A stretch of 63,845 nucleotides of DNA, filler included, from Octopus bimaculoides (lineage: Eukaryota): NCBI RefSeq assembly GCF_001194135.2. It is 8 parts of 8 records of this genome, joined end to end, with 100 filler letters (N's around TTAATTAATTAA, not from the genome) between each part and the next. Parts side by side here need not be neighbours in the genome. Positions count along the whole stretch, not along the records: positions 45,869 to 55,491 come from NC_068982.1; positions 55,592 to 62,126 come from NC_068983.1; positions 62,227 to 63,845 come from NC_068987.1; 5 more parts are not named here. One strand, written 5' to 3'. Below the pieces are notes generated by a model. The model was not told the origin of the DNA, made no database searches, and saw only the letters and a program-made list of their open reading frames with translations. A program made the translations under genes and the position numbers. Positions 53,583 through 63,845 of the stretch are shown here, in pieces; position 1 is the first letter of the stretch, and every line of letters starts with the position of its first letter.

Positions 53583-54195
53583 CTTGTGTGTGTGTGTGTG
53601 TGTGTGTGTGNNNNNNNNNNNNNNNNNNNNNNNNNNNNNNNNNNNNNNNNNNNNNNNNNNNNNNNNNNNNNNNNNNNNNNNNNNNNNNNNNNNNNNNNNN
53701 NNNNNNNNNNNNNNNNNNNNNNNNNNNNNNNNNNNNNNNNNNNNNNNNNNNNNNNNNNNNNNNNNNNNNNNNNNNNNNNNNNNNNNNNNNNNNNNNNNNN
53801 NNNNNNNNNNNNNNNNNNNNNNNNNNNNNNNNNNNNNNNNNNNNNNNNNNNNNNNNNNNNNNNNNNNNNNNNNNNNNNNNNNNNNNNNNNNNNNNNNNNN
53901 NNNNNNNNNNNNNNNNNNNNNNNNNNNNNNNNNNNNNNNNNNNNNNNNNNNNNNNNNNNNNNNNNNNNNNNNNNNNNNNNNNNNNNNNNNNNNNNNNNNN
54001 NNNNNNNNNNNNNNNNNNNNNNNNNNNNNNNNNNNNNNNNNNNNNNNNNNNNNNNNNNNNNNNNNNNNNNNNNNNNNNNNNNNNNNNNNNNNNNNNNNNN
54101 NNNNNNNNNNNNNNNNNNNNNNNNNNNNNNNNNNNNNNNNNNNNNNNNNNNNNNGAAAGAAAAGAAATCGTTGTTAAGAAAATCATGCTTAGTCG

Positions 54196-54750
54196 TACTG
54201 TACTGGCAGAATCGTTAGCAGACCCGACAAAATCTTCACGGCATGTCGTCTATTGTTACGTTCTGAGTTCAAATTCTACCTACGTTGACTTCGTCTTTCA
54301 ATTTTTCGGGGCCGATAAAATAAGTATCACTTGAGCACTGGGGCCGATGTAATCGATTGGCCCCCTCCCCAAGGATTATTATTAAGGCGGCGATTTGGCG
54401 GAATCGTTAGTACACGGGCAAAATACTTAGCGGCATTTCATCTGGCTTTACGTTCTAAGTTCAAATTCCACCGAGGTCGACTTTGCATTTCATCCTTTCG
54501 GGGTCGATGAAATAAGTACCAGTTAAGCGCTGGGAGTCGATGTAATCGATTTCAGGTGTCGTGCCTAGTAGAGTAGAAAGGGTTATTATGATCGTTGCTG
54601 CTAAGGCTCCGAGTTCAAATTCCGCTGAGGTCAGCTTTGTCTTTCATCCTTTCTGGGTCGATAAACTAAGTACCAATTGAGCAGTGAAGTCGACGTAATC
54701 GACTTGACCCCCTCCTCTGAAACTGCTGGCCTTGTGCCAACACTTGAAAC
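54196..54750 (+). mobile_element. three head-to-tail SINE family A copies
   Basis: Copies at about 54196-54372, 54385-54585 and 54600-54750, each with GAGTTCAAATT or AAGTTCAAATT and the body. Confidence 0.8.
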
Positions 54751-55491
54751 TATTATTATTATTATTACTATTGTTTGTTTGGTTTCAGTAATTGAGGAGT
54801 GAAAAGGGGTTGGTCAATGGAGTGTTGGGGAAGTGCAGCGAGGGTAGGAAGGTTTAAATAATCAGAAATGACAAATAAGCATTTAACGTTATTGTCGACG
54901 TTGCTGCTACTGCTAAGAGTGGTAATGGAGGTGGATTGGGGGGGGGGGAAGTGCGGGAGACAGAAAGAGAAGGGAGTAGGAAGAGAAGGGAAAAATGATG
55001 GGGAGAGGATAGGGGGTTAGTTAATCTCAAGAGATCCCCATTCCAACCCGCCGCCGCCGCTGCTGCTTCTCCGTAACCCAGTTTCTCCATATTGTTTTTA
55101 GAAACCAAAACAAAAGTCCAGGGATCGTCAGCGCTTTACATCTAAGGCTCGTGTGTTTGTGTGTACGAATGGCTGTGCATATTGTACAAGATACGTGCGA
55201 GTGCGTGTTACTTGCATGTGCGGGTTATACACGCATATGTACACAAATACATCACTTCTATCATGTATATGTGTGTGTACGAACACACAAAAACAGTTAT
55301 GTATTACAGATTATATACATTATATGAAGGTGCATCTATACCTACATATAAACATCATATACATATACAAAATAACCGATTATGTATCATGAATATTTCG
55401 CTTACACATACACTCAAACATATACCCACATGAATATAAACATGTATGTATGTGTGTGTAACCACATGTGAATAGTCGGCGATTCCCCCCC

Positions 55492-55591
55492 NNNNNNNNN
55501 NNNNNNNNNNNNNNNNNNNNNNNNNNNNNNNNNNNTTAATTAATTAANNNNNNNNNNNNNNNNNNNNNNNNNNNNNNNNNNNNNNNNNNNN
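55492..55591. other. assembly join spacer
   Basis: TTAATTAATTAA at 55536-55547. Confidence 0.95.
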
Positions 55592-57949
55592 ATAAAATTC
55601 GCGTATATTTCTATACAAAAAGAGGTGACCCAAAAAGGACACCTTACATGCTGAAAAGTGCAGTTAAATCCCAAACCACGGATAAGAATAATTCAAATGC
55701 AATGAAAAATAAAAACATTTCAATAGCTACAACATGTAATCGAGTTTCGACATCAATGAACAAATAAAATAATTTGCCATCCGTGTCTCATCACTTTGGG
55801 TGCTATAATTAATGTATATTTGTGGAACACTGAAGACACACATGTTCGATCTATATACATTATCATTTTTTTAAACCACCGCGCAAGCGCAGCTATAATC
55901 GGTAGCAAAGAAAAATTACGTACCAACGTTCTTCAAAATGAAGAAAATGTTTACTATGAAAATATTTATGGTAGAAAATTTAGATAAATATTCTGCCAGT
56001 GGCTAGCATGCGTAATCGAGTCAATAGACAGTATATTTTTTATATAGATTAGTGTACATTTCTATACACAAAAAAGGTGACCGTAGCAGGACAACTTAAC
56101 TGTGGAAAAGGGCAGTTAAACATCCAAACCAAGGATATGTGGATAAGAAGATAAGAGTAATTTCAAAGGGAATGAAAAATGAAATAACATTTCAAAAGTT
56201 ACATCAGGTACTCCAGTACACGGATGGCAAATGATTTTATTTTTTCATTGACGTCGAAACTCGAATACATGTCGAAACTATTAATTTAAAGCTGAAAAAT
56301 TTTAAGGATATATAAATATATGTGTTTGTGTGTGTGTGTTTATAAGGGATGATATGATTGTATTTATTGCACATTGCATTAAAGAATAATACCTATTATA
56401 GCTACCCTAAACCTAACGTTTATTTTTTGTGAGCAACTCTCTGTACTCAGTAACCTGGATGCTCTTAATACTGATTATAGCTACTTTTGTTCATTGCGTA
56501 ATCAATTAATATATTTTCCGACAAGCCTCGCAACATCTCGTTCATTGTCAGTTGATATACGAACTATATGTATTCTTTCATATGTTACTTATAATGTTTG
56601 AAAGATACTTTTGAATTTTTAATTGATATTACCAGAGAATAGAACCGAAGATTGAATAGGGTGTAATGTTTGTTAAATATTGTTATAGTAGTACATATCC
56701 TTTCAGTTTTGCCTATATCGTTAAGTGCATCATCACATATATGAATATTAATAAAACATATTAGATATTAATGTATTACGCAATTAGATAATAACTTGCG
56801 CATTTCTATACCTTTTATAAATTATTTAACATATTAATATTTGTAGATTTTTGTTAAACTTTTATTTATATAAGCATAATCTTTAAAATATAATTTTCGG
56901 TACAAAGACAATTCAAATCAGGAATATTTACTTCTTTTAATATATTAAATATTTACTTTTGGAACACTCATTGTCTTTCAGAAACTTTTTCTATTCTTTC
57001 AATGTACGTAAAACCAGATGAATTTTATTCAATTATATTAAAATCGGTATTGAATTCGTTATCATCACCAGCATTAAACTAAGAACTTGAGAGAAATCTA
57101 AATGGTAAATTTAAAATTAGAACAATGTATATTACCAAATTTAATAGCTAATTGTTTGAAAATACTTCTAGGTATAAATGTTTTGATCAAGAATGTGCAA
57201 TATCTTACAAATACACTGAAATAACCAGTTTTCTATTGAGAGGGTTGCACTTGTAAATAAAATTTTCATTTTAAGTTTATTCGTTTAATCTAAAATATGA
57301 AAAAAGAATTCAAATTCATTGCATTAAATGTATATGCGTTTTTACTTCAGTATCGTTACATACTCATGCACTCTCAAAGAGACAGAAATAAATTCGACAA
57401 ATATAAATGTTTCCAATTTTTATTAAATTGACGGGTTAAAACATTTCAAATATTTTAACATGGAATGCTTAGTGCATAAGGTTTCATAGTTCACTATTTT
57501 CGGAAGGAAACTTCACTATTCATATTGGCTAATACAGTTGTAAGTTTACAGAGATGTACTTGCATAGCAGGTGACCTGATCCGAGATCGTGTGCTGGAAC
57601 AAAAACAATTGCAGCGTGGAAGGTGTTTATAAGCAATTTAAAAAAACACACAAAAACCGTTACATTCCCTTCAATATTTAAATTTAATTTGCCAAAATAT
57701 TTTCGTCGCTTTGAGACCGCGACCTGTTCACAACACGGAAGTTTTGTCAGTGAACAGGTTATTTAAATATTGAAGTGAATCTAACAATTTTAAGTTTCTT
57801 ACACTTATAATAAAGGTATATATCGATAAATATACAATGTGACAAAAAAGAAGATAGACGTGTAGGAAGATTATCTCTAAAACGGGGACCGAGAGCCTCT
57901 CGAGCATGGTAACAAATATTGTTAATGAGAGATTGTAGTATTCTTGTAA

Positions 57950-58900
57950 CAAGAATGTTATCATCCAGAAAAGCAGACGTATTTATGCTTCCAACCTATG
58001 GCTAAAAGAGTTCAGTCATTAGCGACATTGGAACGCCTTTCGTCACGCACGGAAAGATCTGCGTTTATTTGATGCAGGGCCGTGTGCTAACTGATATGAC
58101 ATGCACATCTGGGAGTAGCATTGTGTCACAGATCATAGAATTATGCAAGATATGTTGAAATTTAAAGTAATACCAAAAGTTTGGTTGTTACATTTTCAAT
58201 GCCTTATAAAGAGCATAGATTTACAAGACTTAAAGAATTCCTGCTGGAAAGATTTAGAACACGATTGTATTCTGGATAACACCAAGAAATGAGGCGCCGT
58301 CAAAAAATGCTTGCTAAATTTCAAAAGAATCCTTCACTAGATACAATTTTTATATCTGATAAGAATCTTATTCTACACTCTTGACAGCGATAATGTGACA
58401 AACACTGAAAACAGTCTTCATATATTTATTGATAAAATTTCATTGGCAAGTCATTTGAGAGGACTAACAATGAATCTTGATAAAACTGTTATTATTTAAC
58501 ATCCCTAATCCGGAAAGATTCTACTGAATTATAAATAATGTTATATGATAACACTTTGAGAAACGTTTCGTTCAGATATCACGGCTGAACATTTACTTGG
58601 AATAAAAATTCCGATTACAAAATAGTAAATAAAAATCTGTATATGTTTCGAAAAAATACACTGCTGGCAATGATTTTGATGTTATCGAAGAAAGTGGTAA
58701 CACAGTATATATTGTCAATAGATGCATCCTGTTTTTGCGCCGTATGATTGTCAAACAAGAATATATTTTTCAAAGCATATTACAGAGATAGAGCACATTG
58801 AAAAATATTTTCTAAAAATATGCAGTTTAAGTCGTAGAGGTTCATACAAGAATATTGTAAAAGACGTAAGAAATAAATACGTTACCTTTGAAATTAAAAT
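57950..58900 (+). pseudogene. old CR1/L2-like LINE RT relic
   Basis: SGSSIVSQIIEL, RRRQ, RGLTMNLDKT and PVFAPY..ITEIEHIEKYFLK..SY loosely match CR1/L2 RT and C-terminal motifs in the right order. Confidence 0.45.
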
Positions 58901-60159
58901 ACCAGTGAGTAGGAGAGTAAGCGTAAGAAAAAGAAATATTAAGGGAGTGAGACCGATGATAGGAAAAACGAAACTACAGAGTAACAATGTTTGGCACTTA
59001 AGTCGCTATGTTCTTAAATGATTAAAATATATATTTAAGGAAAATGAATTTGTGAGAACATAATTTAAATAAGGCCTAACAAGGATTATAATAAATAAAC
59101 AGTGTTGCATGGGAAATTAAAATGTAATTTGAATAGATTCATTTTGGTTTCTAAAGCATGCATTTATATATTGTGAACGATAATTGAGGGAAATAAATCT
59201 TTTATCTGATGTTAATGAAATTAACGACAAAAATGTGAATAGTTTACGAACGTTAAGTAATGTTAAGTTAATATTTAAAGAAATCAATTAGATTATGACA
59301 CAAATGTTTTATTGATATATAATTATTGACCGAATTTTATTATTTCAAGTATGAAGAGAAATATGAAAAGAGTAAAGGGTCGTATAGTACGGATTTAAAA
59401 AGAAACGGAACGAGGCATACATTATTCGAAATGGATATTCATAAAAAGAAAATAGTATAAGTTAATGGATGCGTAAGAAATATCATTAATAGGTAAAGAT
59501 ACGTAGGTGACGAATGGAATAGGAAACAAATTGGATGGTTTATCGTAAAAATATATAGTCTAAAATGAGTTTAGGTAGAATGGACAGAGAAGATTTTGCG
59601 AGATTAGCAAGTAAATTTAAACAAATAGGTTAAAAGATGTATGCTGGTGGTAGTTTATACGGTAAAAGTTGAAGGTGAGAGAAGGATGAATTAAATACCT
59701 AAGACTAAATAGTAACAAGTACTGGAAAATGTATAACAGAAAAGAAAATGTGGACGGTGGTATCCAGCAAATGGTCAATAATCCTATTTAGGTCAATAAT
59801 CCTATATAGGTAATAAGGTAAGCGTGTGCGGGGAGATTATATGCATATAATCCTCTTTGTAATAATCTTTGTTTGTAGTAGGAGTGCATTTTGAAGTTTG
59901 TGTTTATTGAAAGAAATCCATTCATTAGATTTACTAAGGATGATAAATATAATGTTTATATGGAATAAAGTCTATAAAATATTTGCGTTATGTATGAGAC
60001 TTTAGATATTCAAGTCATACAGTATTTCAGCTCATACTGATATCATTGAATTCCTAAATACAGAGATTTCATTCTTTGTTTTATCTTTTGAATTTCTAGT
60101 TATAGTAACAGAGTATACGATGTGACAGCTACATATAATAATAATAATAATAATAAAGA

Positions 60160-61790
60160 AAATTTCCTCCATAGCGCCCAATTTGTGGTTGGTATAAATG
60201 TTGCACTGTTAAAATATCGGAATGGCTGGATGACTGTCTGCACCAAGTGCGTAAAAATCAAGTTCCTTCATACAGGATACTTTGATTTTGTTTGCAAATT
60301 GAACACATTTTCTTAACACCGAAGCAATGTTAAAGACTGATTTTTGGTAACAATGGATGTTTCTTCCTTACAACCCAACATCGTTCTCAATGAGCGGGGT
60401 GGAAGCATGCATGAAAGCCTTTGAAAAACGGACAAAGAAAAGTATTCCCTCAAAGTTTATCTGTAAATTATTAAAATTTATGTCACAAAGTAACACAATG
60501 TAGTAGGAGAATTTTTTTTTCTATCAGACGAAGAGATGCGCCGTGGATACTTCTATGGCAATTAATTTCGCAAATGTCTTCATGACAAAATTTGAAAACA
60601 AATTAATAGAGACATTCAAATCCCTGCATGGTAATGAACCTATACTCTGGTTACGCTTCATTGACGACGCTTCTTTCGTCTTGGAAGGAACTCAGGATAG
60701 TTTAGTCAATTTTTTGCATTGTTGTCACAGCTGCGCAAAAGACTATGGCTTTAAATTCACGTCAAGTTTTTCAAAAACTAGCATTGAATTTTTTAACACA
60801 AAAGTCAAGTTTTCGGAAGGCCAAATAGTCACAGAAATATTTTGGAAACCCACGTCATCCCATATTTATTTTCACCACCGCTCTGATCATCGACATCATA
60901 CAATCAGATCATATCCAATGTCCAAGATTTTGAGGATAAAACGTATTTGCACGGACATTGAGAATTATTAGAAACATGCAAATGCTTTTGTGCACCATTA
61001 TGTAAAGCGAGGTAATAATGAATAAAGATTGAAGGAAATTGTGAATGACATAGCTGAAATTAGTAGTGATAATCAAACTTCACGCCTAAATTTAGCAGTC
61101 ACAAAAGAGCTTGTCGCCAAATTCCTTTAGTGATTAACTGACACCGAAGTTTCGCTGGCATTTCAAAAGTGTTGCATGACAGTTACCAATATATTTCAGA
61201 AAAATATTTTCATTTCCGACAAATATTTCCTCTTCCGTCTATTGTAGCCTTTAGACTTAATACAAATATCAGAGAAATAATGACAAGTACCTCTAATAAA
61301 TACTCCGTTTGTGTTTCTGAACGCTGCACGCTCAAAAACATGCATAAAGAGAGGTAAGCACGGTTCGTTGTGCAATAATGTGAGTCAGAGCAATTCCATT
61401 AAGAGTCATAGCAGAAATGTTATGGTTGACACAGAAGGAGAGACCTGTAAGGATTCTCATTTGGTGTATGCAGCGGAATGCACCAAACGCAAAATGATTT
61501 ATGTTGGTTGCACAACAGAACGATTACAAAAAAGATTTAACAGACATAGGTACGACGTCAGGCACAATAGGAGTGGTTCCATGAATCTTGCAGAACATTT
61601 CACATCAAACGGGTGTAAATTTGGGGACGGGAAGATGAGCATTCCCAAAAGATACCATCACCTCACTGCACTCTCAGTCCTCAAGACACATGAGGATAGA
61701 TATGCTTGTGAACTTTTGACATCTCAGCAAAGAGGAATTAATAAAATGGAAGGTGAATTCGACCACCGTTATACTAAGCCTTTTTATTGA
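60160..61790 (+). pseudogene. decayed Penelope-like element (RT plus GIY-YIG endonuclease)
   Basis: RPI.., TMDVSSL.PNI, DTSMAINFANVFM, LWLRFIDD, KPTSSHIY, then LVYAAEC..IYVGCT..LQKRFNRHR..LAEHF..GIN (GIY-YIG, ORF 61311-61790). Confidence 0.9.
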
Positions 61791-62126
61791 CTTATTTTTA
61801 TCCCCAATTCTTTACTTTCTTTCTGTTTTTTTTTTCTTTCCTTCCTTCTGATACCTCTTGTGAAAGGCCGAAGACTGATGACATCGTTTTACTTGGAAAC
61901 AAACGCAGTTATTCCGGTTTAATTTTCAATGTCTCGCTGTTTCCTGTCTCTGAATTTAATTCATTTCATATTTTGAACTTGTGAAAGATCCACGGAGTGT
62001 CGAAATATTAGTCATTCGTTTCATTTTCAATATCTATTTATTAATGATAACAGTCGCCTTCTTCTTCTTTAGCTTCGTGAAGCGTAACTTCAATCTTCAA
62101 ATATTATTATTATTATTATTATTATT

Positions 62127-62226
62127 NNNNNNNNNNNNNNNNNNNNNNNNNNNNNNNNNNNNNNNNNNNNTTAATTAATTAANNNNNNNNNNNNNNNNNN
62201 NNNNNNNNNNNNNNNNNNNNNNNNNN
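62127..62226. other. assembly join spacer
   Basis: TTAATTAATTAA at 62171-62182. Confidence 0.95.
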
Positions 62227-62422
62227 TGTCATTGTCAATGCGACAATCCACGTTACACGTTCCTTCCAAGCACTGCTATAAACAGCGAAAGTGAGCTAGA
62301 ACATTAAAACTTAGTGCGCATGCGCACAAAGTCCAAGGTCAATCTATGCCAAGCGGCTACACTCTGCATGCTTTAGCTTCGTTACTTTGTCAACAGCCCA
62401 GATACTTATTGATCAAACCACG
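62227..62422 (-). mobile_element. mariner 5' end (TIR plus leader), inverted
   Basis: Ends ..GATACTTATTGATCAAACCACG-TA; reverse complement is homologous to 63075-63235. Confidence 0.8.
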
Positions 62423-62572
62423 TATACATAATTTACTGTCTTGTTATTGGTAGGATCAGCAAAAATGTACTCCATCCAGTATGAAATAAATATTTAATAT
62501 ACACAGTATTTAGATACGAACTAGTAATAATTTCATACTATGAAAACATAATAGACTGCGCATATATGTATG

Positions 62573-62608
<36 letters not shown>

Positions 62609-63019
62609 ATTCAATAGGGTATAAGATACCACTTGCTAAACTCACGATAAAGATACACACGAGCAATGCAATGAACATATGAGAAATAAGCTTACCTTTG
62701 CGTTGAAAACATCTGTAAGTAATGTATATTTCAATATCAATTGATTTTACGCTTTTCATGACAAAAATACTCTGCGATCTTCAATTGAAAATAACATTTA
62801 ACATCTATTTCTAAAATATTCCCTACATTAGAAATACATGCTAAAATGTTATTTTCAACTGAAGATCCCAGAGTATGTTTGTCATGTAAAGCGTGAACTC
62901 AATTGGTATTGTACCTGTAACGGTGTGCCTGTAACGATGTGAACTTGCTAGCCACCTTATTATTACTATAAATAACGGTAATAGTACTTCTCATATATAT
63001 ATATATATANNNNNNNNNN

Positions 63020-63061
<42 letters not shown>

Positions 63062-63064
63062 ATA

Positions 63065-63657
63065 ACAAAATATAATAAGGCTAAAGTATGCAGAATGAAG
63101 CCCCTTGGCACAGATTGTCTTTGGACCCTGCTGTGCATGCGCACTAAGTTTGAACGCTGTAGTTCACTTCCGCTGCTTACAGCAGTGCTTGGAAAGAACG
63201 CGTGTAGCGTGTGATCGTTGCATTGATCATGACAGAGAAAGTTGTCATGGCGATACCTGCTCAGAGGCCTATGTAAAGTTGCAGAAAGTGTATGGCGAGG
63301 AGTGTATGAGCCGCACACAAATGTACGAGTGGTTCAGACGTTTCCAAGATGGCTGAAAAAATGTCGATATTTACTCACGTTCTGGGCGACCCGCAACCAG
63401 CAGAACTGAGAAAAACATTGCAGATGTGCGTGCAGGTGTGAGGGGAAAACGTTGAATCAGCACCCGTGAGTTGTCTCAGCATGTGCAGATTAGTTACGGT
63501 TTCAGTTCAGTCCATTATCACTGAAGATTTGGGTATGAGACGCGTGTCTGCCAAGTTTGTGCCAAAAGCGCTTTCAGCCGACCAAAATGACACTCGGGTT
63601 TCAGTTGCACAAGATCTCATTGATTGTGTCGAGAACGATGAAAACCTTTTGAAAACT
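63065..63657 (+). pseudogene. mariner transposase N-terminal (HTH) relic
   Basis: ATG at 63229; TCSEAYVKLQKVYGEECMSRTQMYEWFRRFQDG, RSGRP, EDLGMRRVSAKFVPKAL (WVPREL-type linker), ENDENLLKT; stops before the catalytic domain. Confidence 0.85.
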
Positions 63658-63845
63658 TTGTGTAAGCTTCTGAGCCGGTATCGCCAAGCTTTTGGCAAAT
63701 TTGATGCAGATTCTCTGTTAAAATTTCTCTGTCATTGTCAATGCGACAATCCACGTTACACGTTCCTTCCAAGCACTGCTATAAACAGCGAAAGTGAGCT
63801 AGAACATTAAAACTTAGTGCGCATGCGCACAAAGTCCAAGGTCAA
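63641..63845 (-). mobile_element. inverted copy of the mariner 5' region (fold-back arm), runs off the window
   Basis: Reverse complement reads ..ATGACAGAGAAATTTTAACAGAGAATCTGCATCAAATTTGCCAAAAGCTTGGCGATACC.. Confidence 0.8.

Noticed and set aside
1477-54334. Most long ORFs in the supplied track (poly-[17 protein letters not shown], poly-N/L/T)
   Set aside because: They are open only because of N gaps or stop-free microsatellites; no domain content
54854-55108. 84-aa minus-strand ORF with poly-Ala/Pro
   Set aside because: Built from short simple repeats; no homology recognised
56300-57300. Additional LINE relic (also 59300-59900)
   Set aside because: Only vague peptide similarity; cannot be supported without a search
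1-63845. CRISPR array, operon or prokaryote-type defence system
   Set aside because: No regularly spaced repeat-spacer array and no gene-dense region; all recurring sequences are explained by SINEs, microsatellites or assembly spacers

Overview
AT-rich, microsatellite-saturated eukaryotic genomic DNA with many N gaps. The SINE families and transposon relics look like those I recall from Octopus genomes; that assignment is from memory, not a search. I find no supportable host protein-coding gene, rRNA, true tRNA or CRISPR array. Seven identical 100-bp spacers (44 N + TTAATTAATTAA + 44 N) cut the window into eight separately assembled pieces, so adjacency across them is unproven. Recognisable content is transposable-element relics: several tRNA-derived and RTE-tail SINE families; a decayed RTE LINE split by an internally deleted DD37D (maT-type) Tc1/mariner element; two head-to-tail R4/Dong-like retrotransposon 3' fragments; three different Penelope-like elements (a stop-free ~58% GC RT fragment, a decayed Naiad-type copy, and a decayed RT+GIY-YIG copy); a CR1/L2-like RT relic; hAT and pogo/Tc2-like MITEs; and a fold-back mariner structure at the right end. 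Two small clusters of promoter-like motifs are noted. I did not find a convincing new biological system. The best leads are the GC-rich Penelope fragment (possible recent or horizontal arrival), the Naiad copy, the AAT-associated R4/Dong pair and the fold-back mariner.
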